Shown piece by piece: positions 47,639-59,500 of a stretch of 64,000 bases of DNA. The position numbers were made by a program, and so were the translations under genes. The stretch lies in the sequence record OQ708376.1. One strand, given 5' to 3'. The notes under the pieces were generated by a model. The model was not told the origin of the DNA and searched no databases. It saw nothing but the letters and a program-made list of their open reading frames with translations. This stretch comes from Escherichia phage vB_EcoM_CRJP21. Position 1 is the stretch's first letter. Each line of letters begins with the position of its first letter.

Positions 47639-48232
47639 ATGAAAAAGAATGAATTAGATGAAGCAATTAAAGGTTTATCTAATGTATGTTTTAGTGGCGG
47701 GGCAGCAGGTGCTGACCGCCTTTTTTCTATCTATGCAAAAAATAATGGATTTGAAGTTATTAATTTTTCATTCAAAGGTCATGAGCATAGTGTAGATGAA
47801 AGTACTATATTAGAAATACCATCCAATATTCTATCTGATATTTCTATATTAAATCAACTAAACATTGCATGTTACTCGTTGCAGCGAAAAGTACCAAAAC
47901 CTGGTTCTTATGTTTACAACTTACTTGCAAGGAATAGTTATCAGATACTTAATACAGAAAGAATATATTGTATTGCAAATATCACATCACCAACTAAGGT
48001 AAGTGGTGGTACTGCATGGGCAGTACAGATGTATATGGATTCAGTTGAAAATCCTGAAATTTATTGTTATGATATGAATTCACGTTCAGTATTTTATTTC
48101 GATACAGTACTGAAAGAGTTCACACAAACATTCGTCGTTCCAGCACCACATGGTAACTGGACTGGTATTGGTTCACGCAATGCCACAGAAAAACATATGG
48201 AACATTTTATTACATTTTTCAAGGAAGAATAA
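47639..48232 (+). CDS. Rossmann-type DprA/SLOG-like protein (tentative)
   Basis: FSGGAAGADRLFSIYA glycine-rich loop. Confidence 0.3.
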   Translation: MKKNELDEAIKGLSNVCFSGGAAGADRLFSIYAKNNGFEVINFSFKGHEHSVDESTILEIPSNILSDISILNQLNIACYSLQRKVPKPGSYVYNLLARNSYQILNTERIYCIANITSPTKVSGGTAWAVQMYMDSVENPEIYCYDMNSRSVFYFDTVLKEFTQTFVVPAPHGNWTGIGSRNATEKHMEHFITFFKEE

Positions 48233-49161
48233 TGAAACAACTACAAGAACTATATCAAAAAATTCTAGATGAAGGCGTAGAAAGCGTTGACCGTACTGGT
48301 GTTGGAACAATCAAACTTATCGGTCAACAAATGCGTTTTGACCTTAAAGATGGTTTCCCAGCAGTGACGACAAAACGTCTAGCTTGGAAAGCAATGACTT
48401 CAGAATTACTATGGTTTATTGAAGGTTCCCATGATGAGCGTCGCCTTTGTGAAATTTTGCATGGAACTCGTGATACAGAAAAGAAAACTATTTGGACAGA
48501 TAATTACCTAAATCAAGGCGTTGCTCTTGGTTATACTGATGGTGAGTTAGGTCCAGTGTATGGTAAGCAATGGCGTGAATGGGAAGATTATAAATTTAGT
48601 TCCAGTACTGAAGAAATTCAAGAATTAAAAGATAAAGGATACAAAGTTATCGATTATACTGGTTCACATGGTGTTGTTATGAAACGTACAACTGACCAAT
48701 TACAGGAACTAATCAATGGTATAAATTCCGATCCATATGGTCGTCGCCATATTCTAAGTGCATGGAACGTTGGTGAGCTTGATGATATGACGTTGCCACC
48801 TTGTCATAGCTTTGTACAATTTTGTGTAGTACAAGGGAAACTAAGCTGCATTCTACATCAAAGATCCGCTGATCTATTTTTGGGAGTTCCATTTAATATC
48901 AGTAGTTATTCACTACTAACTCATATGATTGCACAAATTACGGGTTTAGATGTTGGTGAATTTATTTGGAATGGTGGTGATTGCCACATTTATAAAAACC
49001 ACGTTGAACAAGTAAAAGAACAACTACAGAGAAAACCTCGTGAATTACCTGAATTATGGCTTGATCCTACAATTACTAATATTGAAGATTTCACAATGGA
49101 TTCTTTCAAATTAGTGAATTACAATCCAATGCCAACAATTAAAGCACCGATGGCTGTATAA
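48232..49161 (+). CDS. td: thymidylate synthase
   Basis: RTGVGT, PPCH active-site Cys context, DLFLGVPFNISSYSLL. Confidence 0.9.
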   Translation: MKQLQELYQKILDEGVESVDRTGVGTIKLIGQQMRFDLKDGFPAVTTKRLAWKAMTSELLWFIEGSHDERRLCEILHGTRDTEKKTIWTDNYLNQGVALGYTDGELGPVYGKQWREWEDYKFSSSTEEIQELKDKGYKVIDYTGSHGVVMKRTTDQLQELINGINSDPYGRRHILSAWNVGELDDMTLPPCHSFVQFCVVQGKLSCILHQRSADLFLGVPFNISSYSLLTHMIAQITGLDVGEFIWNGGDCHIYKNHVEQVKEQLQRKPRELPELWLDPTITNIEDFTMDSFKLVNYNPMPTIKAPMAV

Positions 49162-49196
49162 AAGAAAAGGGAGAACTGACGTTCTCCCTTTTTTAT
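49160..49196. terminator. bidirectional intrinsic terminator between converging td and fibre genes
   Basis: aagggagaac-tgac-gttctccctt with T-runs on both strands. Confidence 0.75.
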
Positions 49197-51160
49197 TATC
49201 TAATTGTTACCAATGTTCTTCCGTCGAAACGTACATCAGGTGTTGAAGGTATACTGAACACTACGTTAGTGCCGTTAAACGTCACGCTATCGACCTCAAC
49301 ACGAGTATAGACACCAGAACTAACCTGTTCCTGTATCTCTGCTGTGACGATGTTTGAGGCTGTTACAGTAAGGGTGTAGTAGTTACCACTTAAGACCCAA
49401 GATGAAATGGTAAAAGCATCGGTTCTCACTGAACCTGAACCAATTGGAACCCATTGACCTTGAACTTTTTGCATTGAAGTACGCTCGGTATTGGAGTATG
49501 CAATCATACCATCAACGCCAACAGAGTTATCAATAGTAGCTAGTACAGGTAATTGGATACCATATCTATTAAAACGTGTTCTTATAGTTCCATTATCATA
49601 GATACTTACATCAGCATAATTACCCATTGATAGTTTTAAATCAGAACTAACTAATTGGATTGTACTTTGATTAGTAGCACTTTCTAATGTAATTATACCA
49701 TTAGCTAATAGATTTATATTTTTAAATTTATTAGTTGTTCCATTAAAATTAGTATTAGCTGTAAAAGTACTAACACCATTAACTGTAATGGTATCTGATG
49801 CAGCATCACCTAATGTGGTATTACCTTGAATGTTCAAATTACCACTAGCAGTTATATTACTAGCTGATGTATCCCCAGTTAATGTACTTGTACCATCAAC
49901 AACAATATTACCATGAAACGCACTTTCGCCATTTTTAAATTCAACTTGAACTTTATTCATTGAACTAAATGAAATAATATTACTACTAGCACTTAATCCC
50001 ACATTAGTATTAGTTGCATTATCAAATCTTAGTACTGGCGTTGATGCAGGTGTTGATGTTGATTGATATAATGTTAGTGTTGAATTATTAATTCGAACAC
50101 GTTCTGTACCAGCAGTACTGAACCCAATTGCGTCATCGGCTGGATGAAATATACCAGTATTAGCATCTGACCACTTAGTTGGGTCATTACCTGGGTTATT
50201 CGTTGGGTCAAACGGATTATTGTTAAATGTCAATGCTGGTGCTGCTGCACTTCCATACACCACCCCAAAACGCCCAGAGCCGTCTGTTCCATCATTATAC
50301 ATGGAATCACCAGTTCTACGTAAACACTCAATCACAACGTTATCTATGGATGTTTGAACGGTCCCTGCGTTTGTCCTAAATTGACGATGATTTGCAATCA
50401 TTACAGTATTGTCATATAATACTGAAGCAGCGGAAATGCTTGTTCTTGACTGGCGTAGACGTATGTTTTTATCTTCAGTTATAATAATCCAATCACCATC
50501 TGATAGTGCGGTTTGGTTCATTGGAACACCTGAAGCAAATGGTTTGGTTAAGTCAGCATCTGTTGCTAAATTTTTAAGACCATCATGACCAGTACTCGGA
50601 ATAGATGCAGGAATAATTCTAGCGAAAGCGTATGTTACTAGTTTAGCACCAGATATATTTGGATTAGAGTCAACATAATATAAAATTTCAATCCAATTAC
50701 CTTGTCCAGTTGGATTTGTAGGAGTAAATGTAACAGGACTTGTTTGTGGATTATTTGCTTCATAATGGGCTTGTGCGGCATCCATAATACCACGAACAAC
50801 ATAATAATCACCATTTAGTGATGCTGCTGGTGCTGGTAGTGGAGTTTGTGCTAAAGGTGGATCAATATCATCTGGAATAGGATTATATGTACCAACAAAT
50901 TGTAAACCACTAGTTACTGAATCTGGTAATTGGGAAGTAAGAAGTTTACCATTTGCATCTAAGTTTGCAAAACGGCGATATGCCATAGTACCATCTTCAA
51001 AATCCAGAACACCTTCAAACGATTTCCATTCCTTATTGTATCTAATCATCCCTGATCTTATTACATCAGCGGTTTCTTTTGATGGTGCTTTCGGTAACTC
51101 TAAAAAAGATTTACTATCGATAATTACACCACCATCACCTCTAATTCGATTTATACTCAT
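49196..51160 (-). CDS. tail fibre protein
   Basis: 654 aa, Thr/Asn/Ser/Gly-rich beta-type composition, inside a fibre-gene cluster. Confidence 0.55.
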   Translation of the reverse strand: MSINRIRGDGGVIIDSKSFLELPKAPSKETADVIRSGMIRYNKEWKSFEGVLDFEDGTMAYRRFANLDANGKLLTSQLPDSVTSGLQFVGTYNPIPDDIDPPLAQTPLPAPAASLNGDYYVVRGIMDAAQAHYEANNPQTSPVTFTPTNPTGQGNWIEILYYVDSNPNISGAKLVTYAFARIIPASIPSTGHDGLKNLATDADLTKPFASGVPMNQTALSDGDWIIITEDKNIRLRQSRTSISAASVLYDNTVMIANHRQFRTNAGTVQTSIDNVVIECLRRTGDSMYNDGTDGSGRFGVVYGSAAAPALTFNNNPFDPTNNPGNDPTKWSDANTGIFHPADDAIGFSTAGTERVRINNSTLTLYQSTSTPASTPVLRFDNATNTNVGLSASSNIISFSSMNKVQVEFKNGESAFHGNIVVDGTSTLTGDTSASNITASGNLNIQGNTTLGDAASDTITVNGVSTFTANTNFNGTTNKFKNINLLANGIITLESATNQSTIQLVSSDLKLSMGNYADVSIYDNGTIRTRFNRYGIQLPVLATIDNSVGVDGMIAYSNTERTSMQKVQGQWVPIGSGSVRTDAFTISSWVLSGNYYTLTVTASNIVTAEIQEQVSSGVYTRVEVDSVTFNGTNVVFSIPSTPDVRFDGRTLVTIR

Positions 51161-51203
51161 TTAAATATTTCCTCAGAATAGATTTATATGATGTATTTAT
51201 TTT

Positions 51204-51238
51204 AGTTAAAAGAAAAGGCCAAGCATAGACTTGACCTT
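51204..51238 (-). terminator. intrinsic terminator (minus strand)
   Basis: aaggucaag-ucuaug-cuuggccuu then U-run on minus strand. Confidence 0.55.
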
Positions 51239-51247
51239 AATATGTTA

Positions 51248-52615
51248 TTAAACTACAGAAACTCCACTCATTGAAGGTGGAACGATTTGTTCAGCAATTA
51301 ATAATAAATTAGTTACTGTAAACTTACCACCATGTGACATTAACGTAATAGGTGTTCCATTAGTTACTAGGTTACCATTTTCATCAACACTTAAAAATGT
51401 ATTAAATGAAATAGTATCAACCGTGATAGTTGGTGTTCTAACTTGATTAATATTATTAAATTGAGTATTTGTAAAATTAATAGCAAAACTCATATTAGAC
51501 GAACTAGTAGTCCATGTGCCGTATATATTTAATTTGAAATTTAGAGAGGAATTGAAATTATAAACATTTAACTTATTACTTGTTGTATTGAAGAAACTAT
51601 CTAGTGTTCCACTAGTGGGTGTGAATGATTTAAGTATTTGAATTAAATTTTGTTCAATTCCATCAGTGAATTGTATATTTAAGTTTGAATAATATAATTC
51701 TCTTTTTCTACGAATTAGGTTAGTAGTATTATTACCATTAACAAATAATCCAGTACTATCTGATGTTAATATATTACCAGAGGTATTACTGATTTTAGAT
51801 GAAATTACATTAGCGTCAATAGATATACCATTTCCCGCAGTATATGAGGATGGTCCAGTTGGAACATACAACCCATTTACGTCAGTTGTTAACGTATTTC
51901 CTGGAGTTGTGCTTATTTTAGTTGAAATTGTTTCTGAACTAATAGATATACCAGTACCACCAACGTAATTTATTCTTGTATTAGGTACAAATAATCCAGT
52001 ACTGTCAGTAGATAGTATATTACCAGAAGTAGAACTAATTTTAGTACTGATTACTTCACCACTGATAGAAACACCGGAACCAGCACTATAAGATACTGAA
52101 TTATCAGGCACAAATAAACCATTACTTGTAGAAGATAGTATGTTTTCTGATGTCGGGTCAACCTTCACACTTATTACATCATCACTAATAGTAATGCCAG
52201 TACCAGCATTGTAAGTTATCGAATTATCCGGTACGAATAGACCAGTACTATCAGTTGTAAGGATATTTCCTAAAGATGTGCTTATTTTTGATGATATAAT
52301 ATTATTATCTATTTTAATACTGTCACTACCTGTATATGTTACTGTATTATCAGGTACATATAAACCATTAGAATCATTACTAAGAATATTTCCTTGTGTT
52401 GAACTTATTTTTGTGGATATTAAATTAGAGGATATTGATATACCAGTTCCACCTTGATAGATAATAGTGTTATCTGGAACATATAAACCATCACTTTCAT
52501 GAATTAAAATATTTTTATTTTTAGTACTAATATCAGGCACTGGTATCTTGCCTATTAGTTCTCCGTCATAACTAATATCACCATTTACAATAATATCTGT
52601 TCTTATATTATACAT
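51248..52615 (-). CDS. tail fibre protein with about eight tandem 32-aa repeats
   Basis: repeated GLYVPDNT..Y..GTGISIS...ISTKIS.T.GNIL unit; ATG 52615 after aaggaaaaa RBS (track start 52639 is TTG). Confidence 0.6.
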   Translation of the reverse strand: MYNIRTDIIVNGDISYDGELIGKIPVPDISTKNKNILIHESDGLYVPDNTIIYQGGTGISISSNLISTKISSTQGNILSNDSNGLYVPDNTVTYTGSDSIKIDNNIISSKISTSLGNILTTDSTGLFVPDNSITYNAGTGITISDDVISVKVDPTSENILSSTSNGLFVPDNSVSYSAGSGVSISGEVISTKISSTSGNILSTDSTGLFVPNTRINYVGGTGISISSETISTKISTTPGNTLTTDVNGLYVPTGPSSYTAGNGISIDANVISSKISNTSGNILTSDSTGLFVNGNNTTNLIRRKRELYYSNLNIQFTDGIEQNLIQILKSFTPTSGTLDSFFNTTSNKLNVYNFNSSLNFKLNIYGTWTTSSSNMSFAINFTNTQFNNINQVRTPTITVDTISFNTFLSVDENGNLVTNGTPITLMSHGGKFTVTNLLLIAEQIVPPSMSGVSVV

Positions 52616-52632
52616 ATATTTTTCCTTATAAT

Positions 52633-52664
52633 GAAACAAAAAAGGTCAACAATAGTTGACCTTT
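52633..52664 (-). terminator. intrinsic terminator (minus strand)
   Basis: 10-bp perfect stem aaaggtcaac/gttgaccttt then T-run on minus strand. Confidence 0.6.
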
Positions 52665-52669
52665 ATTAA

Positions 52670-53449
52670 TTAACGTATACGTTCAGGAATATCAATACCT
52701 TCATATACCCAAATTGCAGCTTGTTGTGCTTTATAAATTGCATCAGGATCTAAATCATCAACTGCATCAATTGCAGCACACTGTTTGTCACATTCCGAAA
52801 ACAATTGTTCAATCATTGCAAATGCTTCAGTATATAGTTGAGTCATTTCAGCAGCAGATAATTTTACAATTGCGTCATCAAGAAAAATAGAAACACTTTC
52901 AGAGCCTGAAGTAACTTGTGTATAATAATTAAGAAGCATTTGACGACCAGACATATCAGTACTGTAACGATGACCATTGAACATATAACCAGAATTCATA
53001 CGATTTGTACGTTCTGATATAGTTCTTGCTTTTAAATCAGCTTTAACATCTGCTATTGGCATATCAATATAATGATATGTTTTAAGAACAGTTAGTGCTT
53101 TATATTCTTCGGTAGCGTCTTCTAAAAATTCAACAATAGGTTGATTTTCATCTTTTAATTTAATAAACTCCAACGGTTGTTCAATAGCATTAACATTTCC
53201 AAGATTTTTATACACTAACCACCAAAAACCTTCTTCTTTTCTAACAGCATCATTAGGTTCTACTGGGGAACCATCTTTACTTGAAATACCATAAAGAGTT
53301 CTAATATCACTATAAAGATAACGATAGGTTTGTGGATCTTCTGGTGTTGCACCTGGACGTTCTTTAAGTCCTTTTACACCAATTGGATTGGAAATAATAC
53401 TTCCCAATTCATAATTTTCTTTTGAATTTCCTTTCACATATGTGAACAT
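52670..53449 (-). CDS. hypothetical protein (possible fibre assembly/chaperone by position)
   Basis: 259-aa ORF directly downstream of the giant fibre gene. Confidence 0.4.
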   Translation of the reverse strand: MFTYVKGNSKENYELGSIISNPIGVKGLKERPGATPEDPQTYRYLYSDIRTLYGISSKDGSPVEPNDAVRKEEGFWWLVYKNLGNVNAIEQPLEFIKLKDENQPIVEFLEDATEEYKALTVLKTYHYIDMPIADVKADLKARTISERTNRMNSGYMFNGHRYSTDMSGRQMLLNYYTQVTSGSESVSIFLDDAIVKLSAAEMTQLYTEAFAMIEQLFSECDKQCAAIDAVDDLDPDAIYKAQQAAIWVYEGIDIPERIR

Positions 53450-53513
53450 ATAACTACCTCACTTGTTATGATGGTGTCACCCAAAATGAGTGACACCTTT
53501 ATTATTATAATTA

Positions 53514-56500
53514 TTAAGCAGTACGTTGTGCAATAAACATATCTGTTACTGGACTCACCCCGTCATAAATGACTTGGTAGATAGTTACAGAGTTTGCAGT
53601 TTTGTTTAGAGTTCCATCAACAACCGCATAAGTACCATCAGTAGTAAAGTTTCTATTACCTGTTGCATCTTGTTTTACATAAATGTATACTGAAGATGCT
53701 TTACCACCACCGATTAGACCAGTGATTGGTGCTAGAGTTGTATCTTGATCTAGAGTGATAAAGTATACGTTGCTAGTACCGTCTGGGGTCCAAGTGCCAG
53801 TTGGTGCAATAACAGAAGAAGTTACTTGATTAGGAATAACATCATATTTTTTAGTAGTTACTGTTGTAGTAGTCAAGTCAGCATTAGTAGTTGTTAATTG
53901 ACCAGTTACAGTTACATCTTTATCAAATACTGCATTTTCTTTGAAAGAAGATGTTGCATTGACAGTTAATGTATCAGCAGCCGCGTCACCTAAAACAACA
54001 CTACCATTTGCAGTCATTAATCCAGTAACAGTTAAAGTACCACCGATTGTTGCTGCTCCAGTAACAGATGCACTAGCAAGTGTTGCTGCACCAGAAGTAG
54101 TAATAGTAGTTACTGAAGTTGCTGCTAGGGTTGCAGTACCTGTTGCAGAAATATCACCACCAACAGTTAGGTTACCAGAAGTAATCCCAACGGTTCCAGT
54201 AATGTTAGCACCACTTGACATTGTTACTGCACCACCAAATGAACCAGTAGTAGTTACTTCAAGGGTGTTCCCTTTTAGCAGACCAGTTGCAGTAATACTT
54301 GTACCTGCGGTAATGCTAGTACCAGCAGCAACACTGTTGGTTGCAGTTAATGATTTAACAGCTACATCAGAGTTTGCTTGGTTTAGTGTTGCGTTTAGAA
54401 CACCAGTTACTGTAAAGTTACCGTTGTTAACTACGTTACCATTGATTGTTAAGTTGTTGTTTTGTGAACCAACATCACCAATAGTTGCTGATTTAGAAAT
54501 CAACTCTGCACCAGAAGTAATATTACCCGCTGCACTAATAGTGTCAGCCGCAACAACTGCATAAGGTTCGATTGTTTGACCACTAACATCAATATCAGCG
54601 TTGATACCACCATCTACACGCAAGGAACCAGCAATGTAAGTGTTAGGGAAAATCTGAACTGTTTCTGGTTGTTCACCGATCTTAGTACCAATAATAACAT
54701 TAGAACCAGTTTTCACTGCACCAGAAGTTGTTAGTGAACCTAAAGTTGCTGCACCAGTTACACCTAGTGTACCACCAATTGTTGCATTGTTAGTAACTGC
54801 TAATGCAGTTCCTTCACCATTAAGAGTGATTGATGGAGCAGTTGCTGCACCAGTTACACCTAATGTACCACCAATTGTTGCATTACCATCTGAATGTAGT
54901 GTGGTTGCAACAGAAAGACTGTTTGCAACTACATCAGTACTAGCTAAATCCAATGCACCTGGCGTTAATGTACCAGTAATGTTAACATTATTACCAAAGG
55001 TTGCTGCACCAGTTACATCTATTGTAGTACTAAATGTACCAGAAGTTGCAGATACCGCACCTGAATCTAGTGAACCGACAGTTGCCTTTCCAGTTACACC
55101 TAGTGTACCACCAATTGTTGCATTGTTAGTAACTGCTAATGCAGTTCCTTCACCATTAAGAGCGATTGATGGAGCAGTTGCTGCACCAGTTACACCTAGT
55201 GTACCACCGATTGTTGCATTGCCGTTTGAATGTAGGGTTGTTGCAACAGAAAGACTGTTAGCATCTACATCAGTACTAGATAAATCCAATGCACCTGGGG
55301 TTAACGTGCCAGTAATATTAACATTGTTACCAAATGTTGCTGCACCTGTTACACCTAGTGTAGTACTAAATGTACCAGAAGTTGCAGATATTGCACCTGA
55401 ATCTAGTGAACCGACTGTTGCCTTTCCAGTTACATCTAAAGTACCACCAACTGTTCCATTTGTGGTTACTGCCAATGTACCAGTACTTAATTCTTGTGCA
55501 GTTACCTTACCGGATGCAGTAACAGTTGAAGTGGAAACACCACCAGTTAGAGTACTTGCACCAGTAACACTTAATGTGGTTGCAGCAGTTACGCTATTCA
55601 CGTTAAGATCAGCACCGGATAGGTCCAAACCACCTTCAGGAATAAATGCACCCTTAACAGTTAGTTTTTGTACAGTACTGTCACCAGTTACATCTAGAGT
55701 AGATGCTGTAAGGCCACCATTCATACTAGCTGCACCAGTAACACCAAGGGTAGTAGTTACAGTTGCACTATTAAGGGTAGAGTCACCAGAAATATTAGCA
55801 CTTGGTGCGGTAATAGTTCCTGCATCAACTTGAATACCACCATCAACTACTTGAATACCACCAGTATTAACTGTTAGTTTACCACCAGTTGACAATGTGT
55901 TTGAAACTGTAGTTGCACCAGTTAACGTTGTGGTTCCAGTAACACCCAAGTTACCAGAAATAGATGGACTACCTGTAATGTTACCTGTAGTTAGAATCAA
56001 ATCAGTACCTACAGTGGTAGAGCCAGTACTTTCTAGTGTTACACCGACGATGTTTGCAGAACTTAGGTCAATAGAACCATCAACAGTTAAGTTACCTTGA
56101 ACGGTTGCATCACCTAGAGAAGTTAATGTCTTCACAGACACATCAGTTGTGCTAAGATCAATAACACCCGCAGTTAGTGTTCCAGATACTGCTAAATTAC
56201 CAGTAATCGCGGTATTTTTAGTAATGGATACATTTTCTGCCGCTGAAGTAATAGAACCAACAGTAAGTACACCACCAACAGTTGCGTTATTAGTTACATT
56301 TAGAGCAGTTCCAACACCAGATAGTGTTGCTGACCCACCAGTAATTGCACCTGAGATTGAAGCTGTTGCTGCTGAAACATCACCAGAAACTACTGCATTT
56401 GTTGCATTTAGAGCAGACACTGTAACTTCAGTACTTTGAACTTTAGGTAGAACGTTGATACCTTCTGCACTACTAACTGTAATAATACCAGTACTTGTTA

Positions 56501-59500
56501 GAGATTTAACAGATACATCAGAACCACTTAAATCAACTGTACCAGAAACAACAAGATCTCCACCAATATTTGCTCCAGCGGTAGTAGTAATGGATTTTGC
56601 ACTTACATCAGTTGTGCTCAAATCAATTGCACCTGGTGTTACTGTACCAGAAACTGTTAGGTCACCAGTAATAGATGTATTATTGGAAATAGATACACCA
56701 TCAACGTTACTAATTGTTGGGGTTTCTACAGAAACTGCTTTAACTTTACCTGAAGAAGTTACGTCAGCTACGGTAGATGCACCAGTAACATTCAAATTAG
56801 TAATATTTGCAGTTGTTGAACCAAGGGTTGCAATAGTTGCATCAGTACTTTGAAGTTTAGGTAGAACACTACTAATTGTAGATTCATTACTAACAATTGC
56901 ACCAGTACTAGTTAAAGATTTGACAGTAACATCAGCAGTAGTAAGATCTACTGTACCATTAACAGTTAGGTTACCACCAATAGTTGCACCAGCAGTAGTA
57001 GTAATGGATTTAGCATTAACATCAGTTGTTGCTAGATCGATAGAGCCTGGAATAACTGCACCAGTAACGGTTAGGTCACCAGTTACATTTGTATTATTGG
57101 AAATAGTGACACCACTTGCATTTGAAATGGTTGGGGTAACCAACGATGCAGTTGTAGTTTCACCAGTTACAGTTAAAGTTGACCCAACTAGAACAGATGA
57201 GCTTGAGTAAATTGTACCCAAATTAGCAGATCCGGTAACAGTTATATCATCAGCATTAACAGTAGTTGCCGTTATGGTAGTACTATTAAGTACAGGAAGT
57301 ACGTTAGCATTAACAAGGTCATTACTTTTAACAATACCAGAAGAAGTTAGTGATTTAACGTTAATGTCTGCTGCTGATAAATCAAAAGAACCTTGAACCA
57401 CAAGATCTCCACCAATATTTGCACCAGCGGTAGTAGTGATTGATTTCGCACTAACATCAGTAGTACTCAAATCAATTGTACCTGGGGTTACTGTACCAGT
57501 AACTGTTAGATTTCCAGTAATATCAACATTTTCTGTGAAGTTAGTATTACCACTAATAGTTGGTGCAGTCAGAGTTGTTGCACTAATATTAGTACCGTTA
57601 ATTGTTTGTCCACTTACAGTTCCACTCGCAGTGATAGTAGGAGCCGTTACTTCAGTAGATGCACTAATTGTTGGTGCAGATACAGAAGTTGTACCAGTAA
57701 TAGAACCAGAACTTACTGAACCAGCGGATAATGCACCAGAAAGAGTTGCAGTTGTACCAGCAATATCACCAGTAACAGTTAGTTTAGCACCCACGGTAGT
57801 GTTACCAGTACTTTCAAGGGTTGCACCTTTAATATTTGTCGCAGCAACAACTGAGTTTGGTGTTAGATCCTGACCACTTACATCAACAGTTAACCCAGTT
57901 ACGGTGCCAGTAAAATCGACATCATTAAGAATTGCTTTACCACCAACTTGTAGGAATGGTGTACTAGGGTCTTGTGTTGCGTTACCTGTAATGGTTAGGT
58001 AATCTAATTTGTTTAGGCCATTACCAGTAATACCATACGTAGAAAGTGCAGCATTACCAAAAGTTGCCGTTTTTAGAACGTTCAGTGTTGAAGGAGAAAC
58101 TAATTCTGATTGAACTTCGTTAGGTAAAATCACGGTTGGACGTTGACTTGGTGCAGTATATCCAAATCCAAGTTTTACAGCAGAATCTTGACTACTTTGG
58201 CCTAAGCTGATAGCTTTAAATGATGCAGTACTATTATACCCAGTAATATTAGAACCAAGAGTAACACCACCAACTAATGAAGTTGCACCAGTAACGTTCA
58301 AAGATGCTGCATTAATATCGTCTAATTGGAATGTTCCACCAAGAACACCAGAAATATTAATATTATTAAAATTAGCAGTTCCAGTACTTTCAATATTTGG
58401 TATAGTTGCAGTTCCGGTGACTTCAAAGTCAGCAACTTTGGTTTTTCCTTTTTGAACTTCTAATAGTGGTGTATCTGGAGCTTGTGTTTCGTTACCAGAA
58501 ACTGTTAGATAATCTAATTTGTTTAGGCCATTACCAGTAATGCCATAAGACGATAATGACGCATTACCAAAAGTTGCAGTTTTAAGAACGTTCAATGTAG
58601 AAGGAGAAACTACTTCTGATTGAACTTCATTAGGTAGAATAACTGTTGGGCGTTGACCGGGTGCAGTATATCCAAAACCTAGTTTCACTGCTGCATCTTG
58701 ACTATTTTGACCTAAGCTAATAGCTTTAAAGGTAGCAGTACTATTATACCCAGTAATATTAGAACCAAGAGTAACACCACCAACTAACGAAGTGGCCCCA
58801 GTAACGTTCAATGTTACTGCATTAATATCATCTAGTTGGAATGTTCCACCAAGAACACCAGAAATATTAATATTATTAAAATTAGCAGTTCCAGTACTTT
58901 CAATATTTGGTATAGTTGCGGTTCCTGTAACTTCAAAATCGGCAACTTTGGTTTTTCCTTTTTGAACTTCTAATAGTGGGGTGTCTGGTGATTGTGTATT
59001 GTTACCAGAAACTGTTAGATAATCTAATTTGTTTAGACCATTACCAGTAATACCATAAGAAGATAATGACGCATTACCAAAAGAAGCAGATGTCAAAACT
59101 GTTAAGTTTGCAGGTGACATTAACTCGGACTGAATTTCGTTTTGTAGAATAACAGTTGGGCGTTTACCAGGAGCAGTGTAAGGGAAGCTTAATCTGAAGG
59201 TTTGTGATTCAGAGTTAGAACCAATACGAATGTCTTTAAAAGTAGCAGTACTGTTAATACCAGTTACGTTAGCACCGAAAGTTACTGCACCTTGTTGGTT
59301 AGATGCACCAGTAACGTTCAATGTTACTGCATTTAAGTCAGATAGATTAAACTCACCACCAAGTGTACCACTAATTGTCACATCTTTAAATGTAGCAGTA
59401 CCAGTACTACTAATATCTGTTGTACTTACATTAGTAATTTCTGCGGTATTAGCAGTAATTTTATCAAATGCAGCAGTAGTCCCAACATCAGCAGTAATAT

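Noticed and set aside
48232-49161. Group I intron in td or in the nrdD fragment, as in T4
   Set aside because: td is one continuous ORF with all catalytic motifs in order; the nrdD fragment is continuous to its stop.
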